Virus record (IMG/VR): IMGVR_UViG_3300009104_000009
Coordinates: 19,892 to 83,891 of that record
Reading direction: 5' to 3' (one strand)
DNA: 64,000 nucleotides
Origin: a virus
The notes below the pieces were generated by a model. It had not been told where the DNA came from. It did not search any database and saw only the letters and a program-made list of their open reading frames with translations. The stretch's first letter is position 1, and every line of letters starts with the position of its first letter. Of this stretch, positions 30,357 through 39,710 are shown piece after piece. A program made the translations under genes and the position numbers.

Positions 30357-31363
30357 TTGTAAGGTATGATGATTCATTTGTATTACCTGATGATGATGTA
30401 ATATTAATAGATTATGAAGTTGATAGGTCACAATTCTTTGAAGAATTATGTGGTCAATATAATAAAAAATATAAACTAACTTATATCAGTCCCGACTGTA
30501 AAATAAGATATTATAATGAGAATATTGAATGCTTATCTTATCCTTTTGTAGTATGGGATATATCTTTCCCAGAAATATTAAATCCAGACGTTAAATATAA
30601 TTTCATATCTCTTAATAGTTCTCCAAAATCCTTTAGATTATTGTTAATTGCTGATCTGAGGAAATATGATTATTTTGAATATTCATTCTTTCCATATCCT
30701 CATGTACAAAATATAGAACCAGGATTTAATTTTGGTCCGAAGATACCAGAAATACAGAAACGTCTTAAAACAGAAATTATTCAGCCCAGAGTTTTAACAG
30801 AAAATAATGGCTTCCCTTTAAAGTTCGAATCTTTTGAAGAAAAAGATTTAGATAGATCCAAATGGTATTTAAATAACACAGTGCCGTTAGAATATTATGA
30901 AAGTAATATTGATATTGTAACAGAATCGTATATTAAAAACGGAATATATTTTACAGAAAAAACTTTAAAGGCTCTCTCAAACAAGAAACCGTTTTTAATC
31001 TTAGGAGATCAACATATAAACAAAGCATTAAAACATTTAGGCTTTGAAATATTTGAGGAATTGTTTGATTATGAATTTGACGAACAAGCTGATTTTCTTA
31101 TCAGATATAAGAAGATGAAAGAACAAATCTTACGATATATAAATGAGGATCCAATAAAAATACGACAGATTATTAAAGGAATAGGCAGCCCGTGGAATAT
31201 AAAAGATAAGTTAGATCATAACTATGAGTTATTAAAAAAGATCCAGAGAGAAAGAGAAACCTTATTTGTAGATTTATGGGGTAGTGAAGAAGAGCGGACA
31301 ATTTCTGATAATGAATTACTTGATATACTAAGAAGTAAACAAAATGAATATACAATCAAATAA
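30353..31363 (+). CDS. glycosyltransferase-like protein (TEKT family)
   Basis: IVTESY...YFTEKTLKAL..KKPFLILG...LGFEIF..LFDYEFD. Confidence 0.6.
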   Translation: MIVRYDDSFVLPDDDVILIDYEVDRSQFFEELCGQYNKKYKLTYISPDCKIRYYNENIECLSYPFVVWDISFPEILNPDVKYNFISLNSSPKSFRLLLIADLRKYDYFEYSFFPYPHVQNIEPGFNFGPKIPEIQKRLKTEIIQPRVLTENNGFPLKFESFEEKDLDRSKWYLNNTVPLEYYESNIDIVTESYIKNGIYFTEKTLKALSNKKPFLILGDQHINKALKHLGFEIFEELFDYEFDEQADFLIRYKKMKEQILRYINEDPIKIRQIIKGIGSPWNIKDKLDHNYELLKKIQRERETLFVDLWGSEEERTISDNELLDILRSKQNEYTIK

Positions 31364-32396
31364 TGGTTGGGATCCGCTAAAAGAAGTAATAGTTGGTGAC
31401 GCATCTAATGCTATAATTCCTTCATTTGAATTATCCATGAAAAATTTCATGTATGCAAATTTAAGTGAAGAGCAAATTAATTCTATAACAGGTCCATATG
31501 ATAAGCAAGTTATAGAAGAAACTAATGAGGACTTGGAATTATTATGTAGAGTTTTAGAAAGTCAGGATATAAAAGTTTATAGACCAAAAAAGATTAATCA
31601 TAAAAGAAGGTCTATGACTCCTCATTGGATTGCGCAGGGGTGGTGTACTTATTGTCCGCGTGATATATTTTTAGTACTAAATGATTGTATAATTGAAACG
31701 CCCAATGTTATGCGTAGCCGATATTTTGAGATGCATGCATATAGACATATTTTGAATCAATGTAAAGGTAAATGGTTCTCCGCGCCTAGGCCTCAGTTAT
31801 TAGATGAATCATTTAATTTTGATGATTTATCAAAACCAACATTGATGAATAAAGAAGCTCTTTTTGATGCTCCAAATGTTGTAAGAATGGGTAGAGACTT
31901 AATATATCAAGTGAGTAATAGCGGTAATGAAAAAGGAGGTGAATGGCTCCAATCAATGTTTCCGGAATATAAAATACATATAGAAAGAGAATCATATTCA
32001 GGAGCTCATTTTGATAGCACGGTGATACCATTAAGACCTGGATTAGTATTATTAAACGGTCAACGATGCACTCCAAAAAATTATCCGAAGATATTTAAGA
32101 ATTGGGATAAAATATTCTTTACTGATATAGTAGATCAAGGTATCCCAAGTGCCGGCGGATCATCCAATGCCAGTGCAGCTATCTCATCACCTGCAATAGG
32201 ATTAAACTTATTAAGTATTAATGAAAAAGTATGTATTGTAGATGAAAATCAACTTCCTCTTATTACGAAATTAAGAGATCACAACATTGATGCAATCCCT
32301 ATGCGTTTAAGACATGCAAAAACTTTAGGCGGAGGCTTTCATTGTGTAACATTAGATTTAAACAGAACTGGTACTTTACAACAGTATGACTTCTAA
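31344..32396 (+). CDS. amidinotransferase (glycine / inosamine-phosphate StrB1-like)
   Basis: WDPLKEVIVG, YCPRD, FDAPN, HFDST, LGGGFHCVTLD catalytic motifs. Confidence 0.92.
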   Translation: MNIQSNNGWDPLKEVIVGDASNAIIPSFELSMKNFMYANLSEEQINSITGPYDKQVIEETNEDLELLCRVLESQDIKVYRPKKINHKRRSMTPHWIAQGWCTYCPRDIFLVLNDCIIETPNVMRSRYFEMHAYRHILNQCKGKWFSAPRPQLLDESFNFDDLSKPTLMNKEALFDAPNVVRMGRDLIYQVSNSGNEKGGEWLQSMFPEYKIHIERESYSGAHFDSTVIPLRPGLVLLNGQRCTPKNYPKIFKNWDKIFFTDIVDQGIPSAGGSSNASAAISSPAIGLNLLSINEKVCIVDENQLPLITKLRDHNIDAIPMRLRHAKTLGGGFHCVTLDLNRTGTLQQYDF

Positions 32397-34182
32397 ACGT
32401 ATTGCGTTCGTAGAACTCTCACATATTTTTACTAATCAGATTAAATTACCCTATTCTACGGGTTGTATCTGGAGTTATTGTAAAACTGATAAAGAGATTA
32501 CCGATAGTTACTCTTTTGATGTTCATGATTGGATATATGTTCTAGATGAAAATTTAGATATCAATAAAACTGCTAAACAATTATCAAAATGTGATGTTGT
32601 AGGTATTTCGTATTTTGTATGGAATACTCATGTTAGTGATAAGTTAGCTAAACAAATAAGATACATAAATCCTAAGTGTGTGATCATATATGGTGGATTA
32701 GGTATACCAAAATACGGTCGATGCGAAAAGTTTCTCAAAGACAGGCCTTATATCGACGTTATAGTACATAATGAAGGCGAGATAGTATTTAAGAATATAT
32801 TGAAAGCTTTACATCGAAAAGAGGATTTAAGAAATGTTAAAGGAATCACAACACCTTTCTTTTCAACACCCTTAGAAGAAAGAGTAAAAGATATATCATC
32901 TATGCCTAGTCCATATCTTGATGGATTATTTGATGATCTCCTAGCAATTAAAAATCATTCATATGAGTGGGAGAGTTTAGTAGAATTAGAACGAGGTTGT
33001 CCTTATACATGCACATTCTGCGAAGTTGGAGATAGGCATTGGACGAAGATATTTAAACAGGATTATAATAAGTTAGTAAGAGAAATTGATTGGGTATCAG
33101 ATAAGAAGATAGAGTATCTACATCTAATTGATAATAACTTTGGTATGTATAAAGAGCAAAAAGTTATATCCGACTTACTTATAGATAAGTATAAATTGAC
33201 TGGTTATCCTAATGCTCTTAATATAACGTGGGCAAAGCATAAGAAACCATTCTTATTTGATATAGCAGAAGATTTATGGAAGGTAGGGCTCAATAAGAGT
33301 GTTACGATCGCTCTACAGTCGATGAATTCTTCTACATTAAAAGCGATCGAAAGAGCAAATGAAAATACTAATTTAAGAGAGGTATTAGCAAATTTAAAAT
33401 GGAGAGGTATGCCTGCTTATATAGAAACTATTCTCGGCCTACCAGAGGAATCATTAGATAGTTTTAAAGAAGGAATATATAGATTGATTGACGATATAAA
33501 TTATCATAATTATATCGGCATATATGTAATGGTTGCATTACCTAATACTCCATTTGGCGATCCTGAATATCTCAAAAAATATAATGTACAAATAAAGCAA
33601 ACATCCCCCGCATTTTTTCATCATGAAAATCCCCCAGATCAATTATTAGAAGAAGTCAATAACGTAGTCGTTGGATCTAACAGTATGACATTTGATGATT
33701 ACTTAGAAGCAACAGGGTGGAAGTGGTTTATGATATCTCTACATTTTTTAGGATGGCTTAGAATATTAGCATTAGAATTAAAAAATAATCATAACATATC
33801 AATGAGAGAGTTTTATAACGGATTATTCGAATGGTTTATTAATAATGATCAAACATTATTGTATAGAGAATATACAATTACAATGAGAATGTTAAAGAAA
33901 GTGTTTAATAGAGAGATTCCATGGGGTCGTAAAGTATCGGATGTTTCTAATATATACTGGGAGTATGAAGAAGCCACAGCAATACACATTGCTAAAGAAA
34001 AGAATCGTTTCTATGGAGAGATAGAAGATTATTTAAAAGAAGAATATGGATTTAATTATTCTATAACAACGAATCAATATAACAAGATGAAAGACCCTTA
34101 CGAAGTCTATAACGGCGATTTAGAAAAATGGGCTCGTGAATGCATGTGGTGGGGTCGAAGAGCGGAGAGGTTTTTCGTATGA
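32386..34182 (+). CDS. B12-binding radical SAM enzyme
   Basis: LPYSTG, SYFVWN, GG, EGE (B12 domain), followed by RGCPYTCTFC, DNNFG and ILGLPEE. Confidence 0.9.
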   Translation: MTSKRIAFVELSHIFTNQIKLPYSTGCIWSYCKTDKEITDSYSFDVHDWIYVLDENLDINKTAKQLSKCDVVGISYFVWNTHVSDKLAKQIRYINPKCVIIYGGLGIPKYGRCEKFLKDRPYIDVIVHNEGEIVFKNILKALHRKEDLRNVKGITTPFFSTPLEERVKDISSMPSPYLDGLFDDLLAIKNHSYEWESLVELERGCPYTCTFCEVGDRHWTKIFKQDYNKLVREIDWVSDKKIEYLHLIDNNFGMYKEQKVISDLLIDKYKLTGYPNALNITWAKHKKPFLFDIAEDLWKVGLNKSVTIALQSMNSSTLKAIERANENTNLREVLANLKWRGMPAYIETILGLPEESLDSFKEGIYRLIDDINYHNYIGIYVMVALPNTPFGDPEYLKKYNVQIKQTSPAFFHHENPPDQLLEEVNNVVVGSNSMTFDDYLEATGWKWFMISLHFLGWLRILALELKNNHNISMREFYNGLFEWFINNDQTLLYREYTITMRMLKKVFNREIPWGRKVSDVSNIYWEYEEATAIHIAKEKNRFYGEIEDYLKEEYGFNYSITTNQYNKMKDPYEVYNGDLEKWARECMWWGRRAERFFV

Positions 34183-35393
34183 GAGAATGGATACATCTAT
34201 CACATGGTGAGCGCGTATTTAAGGACTCAGAATATTTTCGAGAAGATGAGTGGAATACTTCACAACCAAATTGGGAAGATACGCTTGAATTATTATCGAA
34301 AAAAACAGATAAACGTATATGCATATGGAATGCGAATGAAGCAGGTGGTTATTATCCACATCAGGGAGTTAGTGAAGGCGTACACGATAAGTTATTATAT
34401 TTGATACATTCAAATATTCATCCCGAAAATGCTCCTAACACGTGGTATGTTAGTTGTGATTTAAATTTGCCTCAAAATTATTCTGAATGGCATAATCATT
34501 TTTATTCTAGTAGTCCACAAATTAATGTAAAGCCTTATCCATTTGCTGCAGTTAACTGTTTCTTTTCTCGATATAGAAAATACGATCATTGGACCATCCC
34601 TGATCATTCTAAAAAATATAAATTAATATGTTTAGTCAATCAACCCAAAATAAATAGAATATTAACTTTGAGAGAATTAGCAGGTAGAGAAGGATTTATA
34701 TATTCATTTAAGGTTGTTGAAATTGGAGAATTACATCATGATGGTTCTAATGATACATCGTATTTTGAAAAATTAGTTAACAAATGGAAAGGTTACGGTA
34801 GAGCTCCGTGGAAATGGTCAGACTGTGGTAATTTAGTACATCTTTTTTCGGACACAGAGCAATGTGATAATCAATCGCCTCGAGATTTTAGTAATGAAAA
34901 TTTTGATCAATTTAAACAAATTAGAATGACTGATGCATTTCATTTACCAAAACAAGATAACGATCTCGATGATTACCATGATTTTTTTGTGCCTTTGGAA
35001 TGGATGGAATCTCATGTTGAATTGATTCATGAATCTTATTGTACGCGCGGTTTTATGTGGAGTGATAAGGTGTGTAAAGTAATATGGTATTTAAAGCCTT
35101 TTCTCGTAGTAGGATGTCAGGGATGGTATAAGCACTTCGAAGATCTTGGATTTAAATTATATGATGAAATATTTGATTATAGTTTTGATAAAATTAAACC
35201 GTATAATGAAAGATGGAAAGCAATATTAGAAGAATGCGATAAAGTTTTAAATATGTCACATAAAGAATTAATCCAGAAAACACAAGATATACGAGAAAAA
35301 ATGATTTTTAATAAAGAACTAATGGAAAAGAAGAATGTGAATATGGATGTGTTTAGCATTGCCGAAATAATAGATAATGACCATTATATATAA
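34179..35393 (+). CDS. glycosyltransferase-like protein (TEKT-family variant)
   Basis: IHES...WSDKVCK...KPFLVVG...LGFKLYDEIFDYSFD; ATGA overlap start. Confidence 0.55.
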   Translation: MREWIHLSHGERVFKDSEYFREDEWNTSQPNWEDTLELLSKKTDKRICIWNANEAGGYYPHQGVSEGVHDKLLYLIHSNIHPENAPNTWYVSCDLNLPQNYSEWHNHFYSSSPQINVKPYPFAAVNCFFSRYRKYDHWTIPDHSKKYKLICLVNQPKINRILTLRELAGREGFIYSFKVVEIGELHHDGSNDTSYFEKLVNKWKGYGRAPWKWSDCGNLVHLFSDTEQCDNQSPRDFSNENFDQFKQIRMTDAFHLPKQDNDLDDYHDFFVPLEWMESHVELIHESYCTRGFMWSDKVCKVIWYLKPFLVVGCQGWYKHFEDLGFKLYDEIFDYSFDKIKPYNERWKAILEECDKVLNMSHKELIQKTQDIREKMIFNKELMEKKNVNMDVFSIAEIIDNDHYI

Positions 35394-35868
35394 ACCTGAG
35401 ATGAAGCTAATTCGCATGGATGAAATGGATGAAATGAATGACAGGGAAAAGGTAAGACGAGATTTACGTTATGCTATGGAAACACAATTTCGTTATAAAT
35501 TTTATAATTCAATAGAATTTCCCTTTCTTCCTGCTATGGGAATAAAACATGTTTTACAAGGATTTGAAGCTCCACCGGAAGTAGGATTTATTGGAATGTT
35601 ACATCTTTGGTGGGGCCCAGAAGATTCCGGTATTGTATATGATAATCCGCGATCAGGTACTGTTGTACCTAAAGGAACATGGCATGCTGAATGGTTTGAT
35701 AATCCGGAAGATGCAATTGAAGTAGCAGTACAGATACAACAAGAAAAAAATTATGATGAAGTTAAACTCATAGAGATTCATATGCAACATCTTAGAGATG
35801 CCGTAAAGAAGAGAAAACTGCTAGAACAACCAGAGAAAAAAGAAAAGAAAGACATAGTCTACAATTAA
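35377..35868 (+). CDS. hypothetical protein
   Basis: 163-aa ORF within the operon. Confidence 0.6.
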   Translation: MTIIYKPEMKLIRMDEMDEMNDREKVRRDLRYAMETQFRYKFYNSIEFPFLPAMGIKHVLQGFEAPPEVGFIGMLHLWWGPEDSGIVYDNPRSGTVVPKGTWHAEWFDNPEDAIEVAVQIQQEKNYDEVKLIEIHMQHLRDAVKKRKLLEQPEKKEKKDIVYN

Positions 35869-35878
35869 TAAATATAGT

Positions 35879-36175
35879 ATGTACAAACCGCTTCCACACA
35901 ATATTACAATTAAAGAATCTCCCATTGAAGGCTTAGGCCTTTTCGCAACAGAAAAAATTACAGCACAAACATTGATTGGAATCACTCATCACGCTGATGA
36001 GCGAGCGGAAGATGGGTGGATTAGAACTCCTTTAGGCGGCTTTGGAAATCATTCGGACGATCCCAACTGCTTCAAACTTTTAATGGACCCCAAAACTTTT
36101 TGGATTGGAGCTAATCGAGATATTAAACCTGGAGAAGAACTGACGTGGAGCTATACATTATATAAATGTGACTAA
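35879..36175 (+). CDS. SET-domain protein (lysine methyltransferase fold)
   Basis: SPIEGLGLFA, GNHSDDPNC, DIKPGEELTWSY. Confidence 0.88.
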   Translation: MYKPLPHNITIKESPIEGLGLFATEKITAQTLIGITHHADERAEDGWIRTPLGGFGNHSDDPNCFKLLMDPKTFWIGANRDIKPGEELTWSYTLYKCD

Positions 36176-36698
36176 ACATTTATACGGAGAAAAGAAGATG
36201 CCGATACACAAGCATTTACTTGTCCGCGCAGAAGTAAAGCGCCCGATCACAGAAGAAAAAGAAATTAAAAAATGGTTAAAAAAATTAGTAAATAAAATTG
36301 ATATGAAAATCATTAAGGGTCCTTTCGCAGGCTACGTTCATAAGGATGGAAACCGCGGATTGACAGGCGCCGTAATGATAGAAACAAGTCATATATCAAT
36401 ACATATTTGGGATGAACCAGACCCAGCATTAGTACAATTTGATGTTTATTCATGCGCGGAATATTCTACTAATGAAGTTTTAGCAGAACTTATAATAATG
36501 GAACCAGTTAAAGTTGAACACATGCTTATAGATAGAGATAGTAAACCAGAGGACATTAAACCAGGTCTTTATGGTAGTTGTTTTAAAATGACAAATCATT
36601 CAGTTTCTGAACACAAATCACATCCAAAAATACAAAAATATGATGATGAAGAGCGAAAAGAAATAATCAGAAAAGGTTATATATCTAGTTACGAATAA
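36168..36698 (+). CDS. speD: S-adenosylmethionine decarboxylase proenzyme
   Basis: IETSHISIHIW (autocleavage site) and DVYSC. Confidence 0.85.
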   Translation: MTKHLYGEKKMPIHKHLLVRAEVKRPITEEKEIKKWLKKLVNKIDMKIIKGPFAGYVHKDGNRGLTGAVMIETSHISIHIWDEPDPALVQFDVYSCAEYSTNEVLAELIIMEPVKVEHMLIDRDSKPEDIKPGLYGSCFKMTNHSVSEHKSHPKIQKYDDEERKEIIRKGYISSYE

Positions 36699-36709
36699 AG
36701 GAGAATAGT

Positions 36710-36904
36710 ATGGAATCTTGGAGTATAATTGATATTAAAAATATGTCAACAACAGAAATGAGACAATTGATGGCTCAGTTACAAAAAGAAATTAGTTTTA
36801 GAGAGGGGATTGGTGAAGAGATAAGAGCTCAGAAAGATCCTCAATTTTTATCAGAGGCTGGGTTACACACAGCTGAAGACGACGATCCAGTGGCGGGAAT
36901 ATGA
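36710..36904 (+). CDS. hypothetical protein
   Basis: SD sequence AAGGAG upstream. Confidence 0.6.
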   Translation: MESWSIIDIKNMSTTEMRQLMAQLQKEISFREGIGEEIRAQKDPQFLSEAGLHTAEDDDPVAGI

Positions 36905-37010
36905 AAAAAACCAGACATGAAGGTGATGAAGGTACGGTGGCTTTTTGGTTATATATGAAGGCATTGTATAAAGATTAGATTATACTAAATATAGAAAAGA
37001 AAGGTTTTAC

Positions 37011-37643
37011 ATGGCACGAATAAAATCGAAGTCTACACATATCGGTAGAGAACACTCTCGCAAAGAGAAACATCACGAACCAAAATCAGATATTGGTTTG
37101 ATGTTTGATAGATTTGCTAGCGCTGCTGAAAAAGCAGAAGAAATGGTTGAGGACGTTAAACAAAAACCCGTTGATGCAATTGAAGAAGCTCAAGATGTTG
37201 CTACAAGACTTTCAGTTGAATTACCGGATCGTATAAGAGAAGCTCAAGAGTTAGCAGATGCTCATATTGCTGCCGCACAAGCAGAAGCGGATAAAGTAAA
37301 AGAATTAGCAATCGCCGGAGTTAAAGAGGCTCAAGCGAGAGCAAAGGAAATTGAAAGAGTCGCTGCAGAAGATGCACATGCCAGAGCAGTTAAAATCAGA
37401 AAACAGTTTGTTAATGCTAAGAATTGGGAAGGAAAAGCAGTTCTCCCTAATTATAATGAGAAAAAAGCTACGGTAGAAGGTAATGCTGATAAAGCCCATG
37501 AAGAAGCAAAACGAATGCGCTCAGAAGAATCAGAAATAAAAGCATTACACGAAACACATAAAGTCGCAGCAGAAAGTGCCGCAAAAGCTGCCGAGCAAGC
37601 TGCCAAAAAAGTTGAACAAATGCTCCAAAAACTCGGAAGGTAA
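37011..37643 (+). CDS. Ala/Glu/Lys-rich coiled-coil protein
   Basis: Heptad-rich sequence; ACTAAATA late-promoter-like motif upstream. Confidence 0.65.
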   Translation: MARIKSKSTHIGREHSRKEKHHEPKSDIGLMFDRFASAAEKAEEMVEDVKQKPVDAIEEAQDVATRLSVELPDRIREAQELADAHIAAAQAEADKVKELAIAGVKEAQARAKEIERVAAEDAHARAVKIRKQFVNAKNWEGKAVLPNYNEKKATVEGNADKAHEEAKRMRSEESEIKALHETHKVAAESAAKAAEQAAKKVEQMLQKLGR

Positions 37644-37645
37644 TT

Positions 37646-38482
37646 ATGTCAGAAAATCTTCAAGAAAAACCCGCATTTTGCGATATACCTGGCGGTCCTA
37701 GGGATCCAAATCTTAAAGCACGATGTGCAAAGCCTGATGCTCCCGCCGCGCCTAAAAAACCTGCTGACATTAGATCTAAAGCTCTAACGGACACGGAAAA
37801 GAAAAGAAAAAGAATACAGAGTTTGGGTCTTACACATGAAAGTGAAAAGAAAGAATCTTTCAAGCAATTCAAAGATAGAATTACATTGGAAGCAAATTTA
37901 AATGATTACGTTAAAAAATATAAAATGAAAATGGGTGATAAAACTTCTACAGTAGATAAAGATAAATGGGTTGAAGGTATTGGTGGATTAACTAAGAGAG
38001 AGCAAGCAACCCTAAAACGTGTATTACAAGGACATACCAGAGAAGGTGTAAAGGAAGACGCTGAATTTGCTGATGAGTTAGAATTAGTAGAATTAGCTCC
38101 GGTAATAGGTCTTGCAATAAGGGGTGCCGCGGCTGCTACAAAAACACCGATTAGACGAGCAATTACGAAGCATGTAGTAAAAAAAGCAGTAAACAAAGCA
38201 ACCTCACCTCCTCCACCTTCAAATAATGAAGAAGTAGTAAATGAGAGTAAGGAACTTCAAGCTAAGATGGCGTTAGATGATGCAAAGATTAAGTATAAAG
38301 TAGAAGATGGTAAGATATATGTGGATAAAAAAGATCTTATGAAAGCTGAAAAGACCGTAGCAAAATCATTTAGAGTTAAGCCTAGAAACTTAGATGGGAA
38401 AAAATATCCCGCATTATATTATCACGGCGGAAGTTTAGGCATATGGAATAAGAAAAGACCTATAACAGGAATGGGTAGATGA
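37646..38482 (+). CDS. probable internal head protein (modular)
   Basis: Internal ESFKQFKDRITLEA motif and E-bounded basic modules. Confidence 0.5.
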   Translation: MSENLQEKPAFCDIPGGPRDPNLKARCAKPDAPAAPKKPADIRSKALTDTEKKRKRIQSLGLTHESEKKESFKQFKDRITLEANLNDYVKKYKMKMGDKTSTVDKDKWVEGIGGLTKREQATLKRVLQGHTREGVKEDAEFADELELVELAPVIGLAIRGAAAATKTPIRRAITKHVVKKAVNKATSPPPPSNNEEVVNESKELQAKMALDDAKIKYKVEDGKIYVDKKDLMKAEKTVAKSFRVKPRNLDGKKYPALYYHGGSLGIWNKKRPITGMGR

Positions 38483-38976
38483 GAACGTTTATAGAACATG
38501 TAATAATTGAACAAGAATTACGTATGGATAGAGAATTGCAAAATATTCTTATGATTCATGCTAAAGATTATAAATTATTCAGAGAAGGTAAACAGGAACT
38601 ATCAGAGTTACCTCATTTGTATAATGATTTAGTAAAACATTGGCAGACAGATATGCCGTACGGAGTAACAAAAGCCCGTGAGGGTGACCCCTATGAATGG
38701 ATTGCGAACAAATTGAATAGTATTGAAGAACACGGTGAGCCAATGCCAAAGTCATTAGTTCACAATTGAGCTACACACGTTAAACATCCAAGTTTGGGTG
38801 ATGAAGAATTAGAAGTAATAAGTCACAGTTTAGATGAAGATGGTAGAATAGAACAATACAGAGTTAAACCGCCACGCAATGCTCAAATTGGTTCAACAGT
38901 AGTTCTGCAAGCAGAAGAAGTTACTGTAACTAGAGAGCACAGTCACAAACACAAGGTAAAACCCAAAATTAAATAA
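38479..38976 (+). CDS. putative selenoprotein (165 aa, Sec97) with capsid-targeting-like N-terminus; joins ORF-track 38479-38769 and 38794-38976
   Basis: The TGA at 38767-38769 is followed by an open frame (ATHVKHPSLGDEELEVISHSLDEDGRIEQYRV...) and a SECIS-like hairpin at 38785-38800. Confidence 0.7.
38785..38800 (+). promoter_or_regulatory. SECIS-like hairpin
   Basis: CAUCCA-AGUU-UGGGUG begins 15 nt after the UGA, with the loop G at +23. Confidence 0.65.
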
Positions 38977-38980
38977 TGAA

Positions 38981-39151
38981 ATGAAGACTTTTAAAGAATT
39001 TGGAGCATTCTTCGATGCAACTTTGTCGCAAGATGAAAAAGAGGACATTCCCGTTTTTTCAGATGAGAAGCTTTCAGACACTTCTTACGCAGCCAAAGTT
39101 CGACCAGCTTATAAAGACAAGCAAAAGAAGAAGCAAGTCGATAAATCTTAA
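38981..39151 (+). CDS. small internal head protein candidate (56 aa; not in ORF track)
   Basis: Starts MKTFKEF, close to the T4 capsid-targeting sequence MKTYQEF. Confidence 0.6.
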   Translation: MKTFKEFGAFFDATLSQDEKEDIPVFSDEKLSDTSYAAKVRPAYKDKQKKKQVDKS

Positions 39152-39170
39152 TATATATCATAAATTTTGA

Positions 39171-39710
39171 ATGGATTTATTAAAACATACATACAGCAAT
39201 CTATCCCCTTATAAAAATCACGAGCAAAAATTATATAAGAAGGGCGACAACTGGTATAAAGAAGTCCGTGAAGGATATTTCGATGATTTTGATATTGAAG
39301 CCTTACGTACATATATCGAAGTATATGATTTTATAGACCCTCCAATAACATTGGAATTGGAAGACGGTGTTTTTAAATATGAATGTAGAGACTTATCTAA
39401 GACACATAAACAACTCATAGATATCCCATATAATCGTCAAATCAAAATTCTCGGTAAATTGTTATCAGAGGTAATGCATTCTTTTTTAGAGTTCTCTGAA
39501 GCAAGAGGGAAAGTAGATATTCCAACGCCCAGTAATCCAACAGGAAAAAAAATTTTTTGTCACAGAGACTTAGCTTTTCATAATATCTATGTCGCTGGTG
39601 ATGATATTAAACTAATAGATATTGATTCGTTTATGTGGACTAACAGAGGCGATTTCAAATCCTACTATCAATATACTCTTTTAAGATTGGCACAGCATTT
39701 TGATCACTAA
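39171..39710 (+). CDS. protein-kinase-like phosphotransferase (APH/choline kinase type)
   Basis: CHRDLAFHNIYV...IKLIDID. Confidence 0.7.
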   Translation: MDLLKHTYSNLSPYKNHEQKLYKKGDNWYKEVREGYFDDFDIEALRTYIEVYDFIDPPITLELEDGVFKYECRDLSKTHKQLIDIPYNRQIKILGKLLSEVMHSFLEFSEARGKVDIPTPSNPTGKKIFCHRDLAFHNIYVAGDDIKLIDIDSFMWTNRGDFKSYYQYTLLRLAQHFDH

